From Dehalococcoidia bacterium (GTDB taxonomy: Bacteria > Chloroflexota > Dehalococcoidia > Lucifugimonadales > UBA3495): a stretch of 64,000 bases of DNA. Position 1 is the first letter of the stretch; each line of letters begins with the position of its first letter. Positions 28,412-37,542 of this stretch are shown here, piece after piece. The notes below the pieces were generated by a model, which made no database searches, was not told where the DNA came from, and saw only the letters and a list, made by a program, of their open reading frames with translations. The stretch is taken from positions 3,382,316-3,446,315 of the forward strand of contig OZ245439.1 in NCBI GenBank assembly GCA_965226875.1, in the 5' to 3' direction. The position numbers and the translations under genes were made by a program.

Positions 28412-28810
28412 ATGCTGAACGACGAACCCGAAATCGTGGAAGAAATCCGGTCCGCCAACCAGCGGTTCTACGATGCCTTCAATGAACTCAGCATCGAGCG
28501 CATGGAGGAGGTCTGGGAGACCTCTGACCGGGCCATCTGCGTGCATCCCGGCTGGACGCCCATCGTGGGCTGGGACACCATCCGCGAGAGCTGGGTACGC
28601 ATCTTCGACAACGCCAACCTGATGCAGTTCAGCGTCCGCTACCTGAACGTGGTGGTGCAGGGCGACTTCGGGTGCGTCACCTGCGTCGAGGGCGTCACCA
28701 GCGTGGTGCAGGGCCGGGCCGCCAACTTCTCCACCTTCGCCACCAACATCTTCGCCCGCCGCGACGACGGGTGGAAGATGATCGCCCATCACGCCTCCCC
28801 CGGCGGGTAG
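28412..28810 (+). CDS. SnoaL-like/DUF4440 (NTF2 fold) protein
   Basis: IRSANQRFYDAFNELSIERMEEVW...CVHPGW...IFARRDDGWKMIAHHAS. Confidence 0.75.
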   Translation: MLNDEPEIVEEIRSANQRFYDAFNELSIERMEEVWETSDRAICVHPGWTPIVGWDTIRESWVRIFDNANLMQFSVRYLNVVVQGDFGCVTCVEGVTSVVQGRAANFSTFATNIFARRDDGWKMIAHHASPGG

Positions 28811-28869
28811 CCCGCTCTACGAATTTCGTATTTCCTTCCTCGAAAGCCCCCCTGATTGCCCAGGGTCTT

Positions 28870-28882
28870 GATACAATGTATC
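28870..28882. promoter_or_regulatory. perfect 6-1-6 palindrome GATACA-A-TGTATC upstream of the ferritin-like/VIT1 gene (candidate metalloregulator operator)
   Basis: Read directly, 41 nt before ATG 28923. Confidence 0.3.
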
Positions 28883-28922
28883 CAGTGCCTGCACACACGG
28901 CCGCATTCAAGGGAGCATCTTT

Positions 28923-30191
28923 ATGGCCGGCAATCCTTCAAGTCTGACCACTACCGAAAAAAACCTCTGGAACGCCATCGTCTCCGAGGCGCTGGCCAAT
29001 CTGAAATATAACGCCTACGCCCAGCGCGCGATGCAGGAGGGACACCCGGAGGTGGCCCAGATTTTCCAGGAGGTGGCCGGCGCTGAAACGGTGCACGGCA
29101 TCAACCACCTGCGCGTGTCCGGCGACCTCGCGTCCACCGCCGAAAACCTGCGGGCCATCATCGAGGGAGAGGCTCTGGAGGCCGCCACCATCTACCCGCG
29201 CATGATCCGGGAGGCCCTGGCCGAGGGCAACCAGGAGGCCGCCGACTCCTTCACCATGGCCATGGAGCGGGAACGCCGCCACCTGGAGGCGTTCATCGAG
29301 GCCCTGACCGGCCTGGAAGTCAAGCTGTCGGCTCAAAGCGGGAGCGGGCGCCCGGTGCCCGTGCCGGAGATTCCGGTCATGCCCGCCAGCGTGGCCTCGG
29401 CGTCCCTTTCTCTCGTACCCGACGGCTTTTCGGAAGCGGCCGCCGCTGCGGAGCGGGCCTTCGACCGGGAAACCTACAACACCGCCGTCACCGAAATAGA
29501 CGAGGAGCGTTGGCGGGTGGCCCGCCTGGGCCGCCTGCGCGAGGTCGTGTTCGGCGCCCAGGACGGCCTCCTCAGCACCGTCGCGCTGGTTACCAGCCTG
29601 GCCGTCGCCGTGGAAAGCCAGACCACCGTCCTCGTGGCCGGACTGGCCGGGGCGCTGCCCGGCATGATTTCCATGGCTACCGGCGCGCTCCTGGGCTCCC
29701 GCGCCGAGCAGGACGTACAGCGGGCCGAGATCGAGCGAGAAGCGCGGGAGCTGGACTCTAACCCCGCCGAGGAGCTGGCCGAACTGGTGGTGCTGTTCCA
29801 GCGGGAAGGCATGACCTTCCACGAGGCGCGGCAGATGGCCGACGAAATCTCCCAAGACCGCGATCTGTGGCTCAAGACGCTGGTGGAGAAAGAGCTGGGC
29901 ATCAGCCGTGATGTAACGTCCAACCCGGTCAAGGACGCGATGGTCATGGGCTTGGCCTTCATCACGGGCGCCGCCGTGCCCCTCGTTCCCCACTTCTTCC
30001 TGACCGGCGGCCAAGCCATCACCGTATCCGTGGGGGCGACGCTGGCCGGGCTATTCACGCTTGGGCTGGTGAAGGGACGGCTGGTAGAGCGCTCGCCGCT
30101 GCTCCAGGGCCTCGAAATCCTGGGCATCGGCACCCTGTCCGCCGGCGTGGGCTACGCCCTCGGCGAGCTGATCCCCCGGCTGTTCACGTAG
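28923..30191 (+). CDS. rubrerythrin/ferritin-like domain fused to VIT1/CCC1-family iron transporter
   Basis: N-half NLKYNAYAQRA...EVAGAETVHGINHL...IEGEALE; C-half VFGAQDGLLSTVALV and multiple TM segments. Confidence 0.85.
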   Translation: MAGNPSSLTTTEKNLWNAIVSEALANLKYNAYAQRAMQEGHPEVAQIFQEVAGAETVHGINHLRVSGDLASTAENLRAIIEGEALEAATIYPRMIREALAEGNQEAADSFTMAMERERRHLEAFIEALTGLEVKLSAQSGSGRPVPVPEIPVMPASVASASLSLVPDGFSEAAAAAERAFDRETYNTAVTEIDEERWRVARLGRLREVVFGAQDGLLSTVALVTSLAVAVESQTTVLVAGLAGALPGMISMATGALLGSRAEQDVQRAEIEREARELDSNPAEELAELVVLFQREGMTFHEARQMADEISQDRDLWLKTLVEKELGISRDVTSNPVKDAMVMGLAFITGAAVPLVPHFFLTGGQAITVSVGATLAGLFTLGLVKGRLVERSPLLQGLEILGIGTLSAGVGYALGELIPRLFT

Positions 30192-30274
30192 GTCAAGCGG
30201 TGTTGCCAAATGCAGAGTGTGGCAAGTGGTGTGGGGTGTGTGGGCGGCGGACGACGCTTTAGTGTGGAGAGGGA

Positions 30275-30826
30275 ATGGCCTTTATTTTGCAGTTGGTAGG
30301 TTTGGCGCTCCTCGCTACCGCAGCATACATCGGCCTGAAGTTGCCGGACATTGACCAGCAGATCGGGTTCCTGCTCCATCGATCGATCATAACCCACGGC
30401 CCTCTGCTGCCGTTACTGGCCTTCGCTTTCGCGCAGAGCAACAACCCAATCCTGCGCAGATTCGGAACGGGAATAGGGGTCGGTTTTGCCGTCCATATGG
30501 CGTTTGACCTTTTTCCTCGGGGGTGGCAGGGATACGCTTTAATCAGCTTCCCCGGATATGGGTGGACCCCTGCGGTTTTTTCTTGGATTTGGATTGCGGC
30601 CACTATGCTTATCTGCCTCGGCATCGCTGTCAGGTTAGGTCGCAGTGCAATAGACGGGGTTCTCTTGCTTATCGCGGTGATAGCAACCTTTCTGTTTGCT
30701 GCCAGTAATGAGAATGCACTTTGGCGTCCGCTGGGGGTTACTGTAGCTTCCTTGCTAGTTTGCTACTGGATGATAGGCCCGGATAAAGACAAAAGCAGTC
30801 TCGAGAAAAGGAGCAGTTTCCGATAG
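30275..30826 (+). CDS. integral membrane protein, DUF457/YdjM-like (putative membrane-bound metal-dependent hydrolase)
   Basis: PDIDQQIGFLLHRSIITHG motif, several TM helices; AT-richer. Confidence 0.5.
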   Translation: MAFILQLVGLALLATAAYIGLKLPDIDQQIGFLLHRSIITHGPLLPLLAFAFAQSNNPILRRFGTGIGVGFAVHMAFDLFPRGWQGYALISFPGYGWTPAVFSWIWIAATMLICLGIAVRLGRSAIDGVLLLIAVIATFLFAASNENALWRPLGVTVASLLVCYWMIGPDKDKSSLEKRSSFR

Positions 30827-30876
30827 TTGGAAAAACCCGTTCTCCCCCCAGACAAATTCGGGCGAACGGGTTTCGT

Positions 30877-31128
30877 CTAATCGTCCTCATTCAGTTCGGC
30901 CACGGTCCCTACGGTTATGAGGTCTCCGCTCTCTGCTTCAGCGATAGCCGCCAGAGTCTCTTCGTTGGGTTCAAAGCATTGGAAGTGGGGCATCCGTCCC
31001 TCAACGACGATGTAGTTCATCATCTGACGAAGGGCCTCGGTCAGGGTGATGCCTTCTTTGGCCAGGACTTCGTTGGCTTGGGCCAGAGTGGCTGCATCGA
31101 CATCGGCAGTGAAGACGGTTGTGCTCAT
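30877..31128 (-). CDS. RelB/DinJ-family antitoxin, no toxin gene adjacent
   Basis: MSTTVFTADVDAATLAQANEVLAKEGITLTEALRQMMNYIV (RHH) + FEPNEETLAAIAEAESGDL tail; AGGAG before ATG 31128. Confidence 0.7.
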   Translation of the reverse strand: MSTTVFTADVDAATLAQANEVLAKEGITLTEALRQMMNYIVVEGRMPHFQCFEPNEETLAAIAEAESGDLITVGTVAELNEDD

Positions 31129-31313
31129 TTTCCGGTCTCCTGTGAGTCGCCTCGATTCCGCCTTTCCGGGATGGAAGTTTATGGACGCTGTTGGCGCAAC
31201 TTGGTCATAAATTCTATCGCGTTCGTTGCGTAAAGGCTTGGCGTCGCTGGTCACATCGCATCATCATAGATGCTTGGAGAACCCCATTGAACGTTTCCAG
31301 TCCTTGATTGCTC

Positions 31314-32234
31314 CTAACTCCCCAGCCCCTCCGCCCGCTCCAGGTGCGCCCGCGCCGCGGCGAGGAAGTCCTGCGGGTTGTCGCCCTGCACCAGGTGGCC
31401 GGCGTTGGTGATGGTGGTGGTGGTGCAGTCGGCTATCTCGCGGCCCATGCGCTGCAAGGTGTCGTCGGAGAAGATATCGCTGCGGTCTCCGCGTGTGACC
31501 AGCGTCGGGCAGTCTATGCGCCGCCAGCACTCCCAGAGCTGCTCCGGAGACCAGAGGTTGTCCTGGCGTCCGCGCTCACGCATCACCCGGTCATACTTCC
31601 AGGTCCACTTGCCGTCGGCGCCCTGGCGGATGCTGTACTTCAAGGCGCCCAGCACTTGCTCACGGGTGCGGCCGGTGTATTCCTGGATGCGGTCGGCGAA
31701 CTCGTCCAGCGTATCCAGGTTGTCGGGCAGCTCGCGGAACTGCTGTATGCGCTGGCGGCCCCTCGGCACCGTCTCAGGGCCGGTGTCCACGATGGTCAGA
31801 GAGCGCAAGGCCCCCGGATGCCGCGACGCCCAGACGAAACTGTTGCGCCCGCCCATGGAGTGCCCCATCAGGTGGAACCTGCCCGCGTCCAGTCCAAGGG
31901 CCGGGACCAGCGCCTCAAGGTCGCCCACCATCTCATCCAGCGAGTAGTCGCTGTCGTGGGCCCAGTCGCTGTCGCCGTGTCCCCGCTGGTCGAGGGCCAA
32001 GACATGATAATCGGTTGAGAGGGGCAGGCTGATAAAGTCCCAGCTATGCCCCTGTTGCGACGCGCCGTGCAGCATCAACACCGTGGGATTGGAGGAATCG
32101 CCCCATTCCAGGTAGTGGAAACGGAGTCCATTGGCGTCCACGAACTGGTCGGCGGGTTCGTTCTCGTGAATGAACGGCACGCCCATGCGCCGCGCCGCCT
32201 CGTGCAGCGAAAGCCCCATAGAATGAGACGCCAT
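31314..32234 (-). CDS. alpha/beta-fold hydrolase
   Basis: LMLHGASQQGHSWD oxyanion region, nucleophile elbow GHSMGG, C-terminal NAGHLV. Confidence 0.85.
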   Translation of the reverse strand: MASHSMGLSLHEAARRMGVPFIHENEPADQFVDANGLRFHYLEWGDSSNPTVLMLHGASQQGHSWDFISLPLSTDYHVLALDQRGHGDSDWAHDSDYSLDEMVGDLEALVPALGLDAGRFHLMGHSMGGRNSFVWASRHPGALRSLTIVDTGPETVPRGRQRIQQFRELPDNLDTLDEFADRIQEYTGRTREQVLGALKYSIRQGADGKWTWKYDRVMRERGRQDNLWSPEQLWECWRRIDCPTLVTRGDRSDIFSDDTLQRMGREIADCTTTTITNAGHLVQGDNPQDFLAAARAHLERAEGLGS

Positions 32235-32345
32235 TTTGATGCCCTCCGTCCGCCAACCGGCCTGCTTGAAATCAGCCTTTATGATAACCCTGCTGTCAAT
32301 TTAATACCGATGATACAGGGAGTCGTCCAGGGCCTTTTGATTGTT

Positions 32346-32386
32346 CCCTCTCCCTTTGGAAGAGGGTTAGGTTGGGGGCGTCCCCC
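32346..32386. repeat. REP family 1, orientation A
   Basis: CCCTCTCCCTTTGGAAGAGGGTTAGGTTGGGGGCGTCCCC. Confidence 0.7.
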
Positions 32387-32477
32387 ACTGTGTGCGGCCA
32401 TCGTCTTGCCCAGGATTTCCCCTCCACCGCAGCCCTAAATCTCAAGGGAAAGGGAGGATCGAAAAACCCCGAGGCGC

Positions 32478-32609
32478 GGATGATAGCGTTCCAAATTTAG
32501 GTGGTATGGCAGCTTACGGTCCGTAGTTCCCGCGAAAGCGGGAATCCAGGGGTAGTGGGTGTTAATGTCGGGTACGTGTCTCGACCACCTAATTCGGAAC
32601 GCTATCGCC
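32478..32609. repeat. composite inverted-repeat element (about 27-bp arms GGATGATAGCGTTCCAAATTTAGGTGGT / reverse complement) enclosing a REP family 3 hairpin; MITE-like
   Basis: Arms 32478-32505 and 32584-32609; a third copy of the arm core TTCGAAACGCTATCG at 33219-33240. Confidence 0.55.
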
Positions 32610-32656
32610 TCTTCCCACTTGCCAAATTAACAGAACACATATACTATTATAAGCAC

Positions 32657-33215
32657 ATGGCCCACCGCTCCCCATATCACCAGGGCCAAAACCAAATAGC
32701 CACTGAGGCCACGCGATGTTTGATGCCTGAAAACCAAAAGAAGACTCCCTGCTCCAAGCTCACCAAGCGCAACCCGGACTCCAAACCCAACTCAGACACT
32801 ACACCCACCTCCGACGGTCAGACACAACGGCCCGAAATGGCCGCCAATGGCCGGGGAATCGAAATTTTCCGAACCCAACTCCGACACTACTCCCACCTCC
32901 GACGGTCAGACACAACGGCCCGATATGTCCGCAAATGACCGGGAAATCGAAATTTCCGAACTCCCCTTCCGCCAGCAGGCCGCCCTCCCCGCGATAGCCC
33001 TTGCCCAGTCCCTGGCCCAGGCCGCAATGTCCATGTGCCTCTCCATCCTCGCCGATGCAGCCTTGGAGATCCCCGATCCCGCCCTTCGTCTGCGGGCCGC
33101 CCGTTACCTGCTATCCTACGGTGTGAAGTTCGTCGAGGTGGACAACCTCAGGGAGCGCCTCAAGGCGGTGGAAGACGCCTTCCATTATGCAAAGACCGCC
33201 TCTCCCTTGGGATAG
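32657..33215 (+). pseudogene. hypothetical gene interrupted by a tandem duplication plus a T-run frameshift
   Basis: Frames 32657-32938 and 32847-33215 both read ...PNSDTTPTSDGQTQRP...; removing one T of the T4 run 32865-32868 or the 88-bp copy restores one ORF. Confidence 0.6.
32786..32960 (+). repeat. tandem direct repeat, 88 bp + 87 bp
   Basis: Copies 32786-32873 and 32874-32960 aligned by eye, about 90 percent identical. Confidence 0.85.
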
Positions 33216-33318
33216 CTTCCATATTCGAAACGCTATCGACGCGAACCCCGCCATTCCCTTTCCGCCCTGCGGGTGGTATTATTCGGTGTTGCTGAAACCA
33301 TCGGGAGAATGACTGTTT

Positions 33319-33948
33319 ATGACAACCAGCGCGGTGCAATTGGAGCTACAGCCCAGGAATCTGCTGGGCAAGAAAGTCGGCAGACTGCGGCGGGCCGGCA
33401 TTGTCCCCGTGCATCTTTACGGCCCCGGCATTGAGTCCCGGGCCCTGCAATGCGCCGCCCGGCAGCTTATACCGACGCTGGCCGCAGTGGGCGCCAGTTC
33501 GCCCATCATGTTGACCATCGAGGGAGAATCCGGGAGTCAATTGGCCTTCGCCAGGGAAATCCAGTGGGATCCCAGGCGCGATACCGTGTTGCACGTCGAC
33601 TTGATGTCCGCAGACGTGAGCCGCCCGGTTACCGCCCAAGTGAGCTTGGTCCTGGAGGGAGAAGCTCCGGGAGCCGCCCGCATCGGCGGCCACGTTACCC
33701 AGCACCTCTTCACCATAGACGTTTCGGCCCTGCCGCTGGATATGCCGGCCCAGGCCTTTGTTGACCTGTCGGTATTGACCTCCGAAGCCATCGTTATCCG
33801 GGCGGGCGACATTCCGCTGGCCCCGGAAGTTACCCTGCTGACCGACCCGGAGGACATGGTGGCGCGCATAGACATCCCGCGTGTCTCGATGGGTGCCGAG
33901 GGAGAAGAGGAAGGGCAAGCGTCGGCGGAAGCAGGGGAATCCGAATAA
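33319..33948 (+). CDS. rplY: 50S ribosomal protein L25/general stress protein Ctc
   Basis: RNLLGKKVGRLRRAGIVPVHLYG...REIQWDP...VLHVDL typical L25/Ctc; acidic C-tail. Confidence 0.85.
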   Translation: MTTSAVQLELQPRNLLGKKVGRLRRAGIVPVHLYGPGIESRALQCAARQLIPTLAAVGASSPIMLTIEGESGSQLAFAREIQWDPRRDTVLHVDLMSADVSRPVTAQVSLVLEGEAPGAARIGGHVTQHLFTIDVSALPLDMPAQAFVDLSVLTSEAIVIRAGDIPLAPEVTLLTDPEDMVARIDIPRVSMGAEGEEEGQASAEAGESE

Positions 33949-34030
33949 TCCAACGGTTCACCGAGCATCCCGCCGGAAAGAAGCGTCGCCGAGCCGCCGC
34001 GACGGAGGCATCAGGAAGGAGAACGACGGT

Positions 34031-34801
34031 ATGCACCTGGTATACATAGGACAGTCGGGCACCACCGGAATCAGCGCCGACGACCCTTCCCAGCCCCACG
34101 AGGTGGTGGCCGGGCTGATGCTCCACGAGACGCAAACCGTGTCGTTGAACGGAGAGTTCGACGCCCTCTGCCGCCGGCAATTCGGGGCGCCCCTGGGCGA
34201 GTCGGGCGCACCCCGCCATATCCGGCCCGTGGACCTGTTCCAAGGGCTGCGCCACTATTCATCGTGGCCGCCGGAGCGACGGTCAGAGATGATTCAGGAC
34301 TGCCTGAACATCCTCATCCGGCGCGAGACCCCGGTTCTCAGCGCATTCCTCAACAAGCGGGACCTCATAGATGCCCGGGCCACCTCCTCCTCTCCCGCCG
34401 CTCTGCTGTCGGCCAATCCCATCGAACCCGTGATGAGCCGTTTCCTTTTCGCGTTGAGTCTGTTCCTCGACGAGATGAGCCTGGCCACACTCAACCACGA
34501 CCAGATAATGTCGGGTCAGCTTCCGGTCTCCCAGTTCGCCATGGTCGTTGCCCAGGAAAGAGCCAACATAGAGCCGCGCCTCTTGGCCGAATTCCTGCGC
34601 TCAGACGAGGGAATGGACGCATCGGCGATCCACGAGAATATCTGCTTCGTCAACGCCGAGGACTCACCGGGAATGCAGCTCGCCAACCTGTGCGCCTACT
34701 TCACCCGCCGCTGGCTGCAAACCCCCAACAATCCCAACCCCTACTTCGAAGTCCTGCGCGACAACAAAGTCATACAGGTGCTCTACCCGGTGGCGCTCTA
34801 A
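34031..34801 (+). CDS. hypothetical protein (DUF3800-like, tentative)
   Basis: AGGAAGGAG SD before ATG 34031; weak resemblance only. Confidence 0.5.
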   Translation: MHLVYIGQSGTTGISADDPSQPHEVVAGLMLHETQTVSLNGEFDALCRRQFGAPLGESGAPRHIRPVDLFQGLRHYSSWPPERRSEMIQDCLNILIRRETPVLSAFLNKRDLIDARATSSSPAALLSANPIEPVMSRFLFALSLFLDEMSLATLNHDQIMSGQLPVSQFAMVVAQERANIEPRLLAEFLRSDEGMDASAIHENICFVNAEDSPGMQLANLCAYFTRRWLQTPNNPNPYFEVLRDNKVIQVLYPVAL

Positions 34802-34994
34802 GGCGTCGCCACAACCATGGCCAGCTATTAGTACATCACAAACCGGGTCACCATGCCAGTAATCGAAAAACACTTGGCCCAGGGTAGAAAGGAAGGCTGA
34901 GAAGAAGGCAGGGCCGAAGGCGAAGCCCGGGCCAACCGGGCCTGGCGGGAATGGAACCGGCGCAGGATAAATGCAGCCGCCAACAACCTCCCGT

Positions 34995-35023
34995 TTGACG
35001 AGCCGCCGCCGCGTTGCTAGAAT
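34995..35023 (+). promoter_or_regulatory. candidate greA promoter (TTGACG-N17-TAGAAT)
   Basis: Read directly, about 74 nt upstream of ATG 35097. Confidence 0.45.
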
Positions 35024-35096
35024 CACGCAAAGTTTCAGGAGGGTCGCGCCTGGCGCAGACTCTCTTATGCTGTTGCCTCCGCCGGAGGGTTCCGCC

Positions 35097-35564
35097 ATGA
35101 CTCAGCCTAACTACGTTACCCGCGAGGGCCTGGAAAGACTACAGGCTGAGCTTACGCATTTGCGCACCGACCGCCGCCGCGAGGTCGCCGACCGCATCCA
35201 GCAGTCCCGCGAGCGCGGCGGCACGGTCAGCAACGCCGAATACGAAGAGGCCATCAACGAGCGTTCCTTCGTCGAGGGGCGCATTCAGGCCCTGGACAAC
35301 ATGATCAGCAACGCCGTCCTCATTGAAGAGGACCAAGGCCAGCGGGAGTCTGTTGGCGTCGGGGCAAAGGTCACCGTTCGGAACCCGCAGGGCAAGCCCG
35401 CCACCTACACCATCACCGGCATTACCGAATCCGACCCTGCCCAAGGTAAAATTTCCAACGTCTCTCCCATCGGCAAGAGCCTGCTGGGAAAGAAGGTCGG
35501 CGAAATCGCCGAGGTCAGCGCCCCTTCGGGTAAGATACAGCTCGAAATCATAGCCATTGAATGA
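35097..35564 (+). CDS. greA: transcription elongation factor GreA
   Basis: TREGLERLQAEL...NAEYEEA...SPIGKSLLGKKVGE motifs. Confidence 0.9.
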   Translation: MTQPNYVTREGLERLQAELTHLRTDRRREVADRIQQSRERGGTVSNAEYEEAINERSFVEGRIQALDNMISNAVLIEEDQGQRESVGVGAKVTVRNPQGKPATYTITGITESDPAQGKISNVSPIGKSLLGKKVGEIAEVSAPSGKIQLEIIAIE

Positions 35565-35576
35565 CGTTTTACCAGT

Positions 35577-35612
35577 CCTCTCTCCCTCAGGGGAGGGCTA
35601 GGGTGGGGACGC
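35577..35612. repeat. REP family 1, orientation A, between greA and lysS
   Basis: CCTCTCTCCCTCAGGGGAGGGCTAGGGTGGGGACGC. Confidence 0.7.
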
Positions 35613-35626
35613 TTCCGAATTCCGAT

Positions 35627-37180
35627 ATGCAAGATTCCTTCGTCACCAACCGGACCGCCAAGCTCGAACGCCTTCGCGAAAGAGGCATCGACCCCTACCC
35701 GCCGCGCTACCCCCGAACCTGCGACAACGCCACAGCCACGGCCACCTTCGTCGCGGTGGAATCCGGGGAGCGCCCTGTCGGCGACGCCGAGGGCCTGTCG
35801 CTGGCCGGACGCATCGTGTCCGTGCGGGTCATGGGGCGAGCCGCCTTTCTCGACCTCCAGGACGCCTCCGGCTCCATCCAGGTACTGTTCCGCCGCAACA
35901 ACCTGGGCGAAGACTTCGAGTTGCTGAAGGACCTGGACATCGGCGACCATCTGGGGGTCAAGGGCAACCTGATCCGCACACGCACCGGCGAGATAACCAT
36001 CGACGCCTCCCGCGCCGCCGTCATCGCCAAGGGGATGCGCCCGCTGCCCGAGAAGTACCACGGCCTGCGCGACACCGAGACGCGCTACCGGCAGCGCTAC
36101 CTAGACCTCATCGCCAACCGCGAGAACATGGACGTTTTCCGGCTGCGCAGCAGGGTAATCAGCGGCATCCGGCGCTTCCTCGACGAGCGCGGCTTCCTGG
36201 AGGTGGATACCCCGGTGCTGGTGCCGGTGGCCGCCGGGGCCCACGCCCGCCCTTTCATCACCCACCACAACGCCCTCGACGAGCAACTGTACCTGCGCAT
36301 CGCCACCGAGCTATACCTGAAGCGGCTGATTGTCGGCGGGTTCGACAAGGTCTACGAGATCGGCCGCGTCTTTCGCAACGAGGGCATTGACCAGAACCAC
36401 AACCCTGAGTTCACCCTGCTGGAAAGCTATGAAGCCTACGCCGACTACAACGACGTACTGGACATGGTGGAGCAGATGATCTCCCGGTTGGCCATCGACG
36501 CGACCGGCTCCGCGCAGGTGGCCGCCGGCGAGCAGGTCATTGACTTCACCCCCCCGTGGCGGCGGGTATCCCTGCGGGAGGAACTGCAACGGCGCAGCGG
36601 CATTGACCTCGACACCTGTGACGACAGGGAGCTGCAAAACCGCGCCCGTGCCTTGGGCGTGGACACCGGCATCCGCGAGAGCCGGGGCCGCATCATAGAC
36701 AAGCTGCTGTCGACCTTGGTGGAGCCACACCTGACGCAGCCCACATTTGTGCTGGACTACCCCGAAGAGATGTCGCCGCTGGCCAAGGCCAAGCCCGGCG
36801 CCCCGGGCTACGTGGAGCGGTTCGAGGCCTTCGCCTGCGGCATGGAAATCGCCAACTCCTACACCGAGCTGAACGACCCGCAGGTGCAGAGGGAGCGATT
36901 CGAGGGTCAGGAGGAAATCCGCCGCCTGTACCAGGACGAAGAAGTAGACCGGCTGGACGAGGACTTTCTGACAGCGATGGAGTACGGTATGCCCCCCACC
37001 GGCGGCCTCGGCATCGGCATAGACCGGCTGGTAATGCTGCTGTCGGGCCAACCCTCAATCCGCGACGTGCTGCTGTTCCCGCAGATGCGGCAGCTGAGGC
37101 AAGCCCCCGTCACCTCTAGCAGCGAAGTCGGTGCCATCTCCGACTTGGACTCGCAGCAAGGCCAGGGGACGGGCCAATAG
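35627..37180 (+). CDS. lysS: lysine--tRNA ligase (class II)
   Basis: OB-fold N-domain, FLEVDTPVL, FRNEGID, TGGLGIGIDRLVMLL class II motifs. Confidence 0.92.
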   Translation: MQDSFVTNRTAKLERLRERGIDPYPPRYPRTCDNATATATFVAVESGERPVGDAEGLSLAGRIVSVRVMGRAAFLDLQDASGSIQVLFRRNNLGEDFELLKDLDIGDHLGVKGNLIRTRTGEITIDASRAAVIAKGMRPLPEKYHGLRDTETRYRQRYLDLIANRENMDVFRLRSRVISGIRRFLDERGFLEVDTPVLVPVAAGAHARPFITHHNALDEQLYLRIATELYLKRLIVGGFDKVYEIGRVFRNEGIDQNHNPEFTLLESYEAYADYNDVLDMVEQMISRLAIDATGSAQVAAGEQVIDFTPPWRRVSLREELQRRSGIDLDTCDDRELQNRARALGVDTGIRESRGRIIDKLLSTLVEPHLTQPTFVLDYPEEMSPLAKAKPGAPGYVERFEAFACGMEIANSYTELNDPQVQRERFEGQEEIRRLYQDEEVDRLDEDFLTAMEYGMPPTGGLGIGIDRLVMLLSGQPSIRDVLLFPQMRQLRQAPVTSSSEVGAISDLDSQQGQGTGQ

Positions 37181-37327
37181 CCACGCGTCCGCACTCCCTC
37201 TCGCACGTTCCCAATGCCCGGTGCCGACGTTCCTATCCACCTTATGTAGCGTTATTCTTAGGCGTTCCTCCCACCATTTGATCCCTTCCGCTCGCGTTTC
37301 CTTGCGCCATCTTTCTTCTACCAGACC

Positions 37328-37369
37328 ATTACAACGTATTATGGCAATAGTTGTATAATACGTTGTAAT
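37328..37369. promoter_or_regulatory. perfect 15-bp-arm inverted repeat ATTACAACGTATTAT-N12-ATAATACGTTGTAAT in the AT-rich serS upstream region
   Basis: Read directly; the right arm overlaps a TGTATAAT -10-like box (37352-37359). Confidence 0.4.
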
Positions 37370-37542
37370 TCCAAATTGTCTATATTAAGTGGATTAAGTA
37401 AATTATCACTTACCTCGGCTCTAACCCACATGGGACAGGAGAGCCAGAACCCTGCGCGGACATGGGATTGCCGTGTAATATAATATCGTGCTGGTGCTAC
37501 ATCGGCACGCTGCAACACGAAACTAAGCAAGGGCTGGAACGA

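Noticed and set aside
32501-32656. N-terminal extension MVWQLTVRSSRESGNPG... of the ORF at 32501
   Set aside because: It reads through the REP family 3 hairpin and the IR element. ATG 32657 after the element is the more plausible start.
37181-37542. T-box riboswitch upstream of serS
   Set aside because: I found no T-box core (AAnnnGGGTGGTACCGCG-like) or specifier-loop architecture. The region is only about 200 nt after the candidate promoter.
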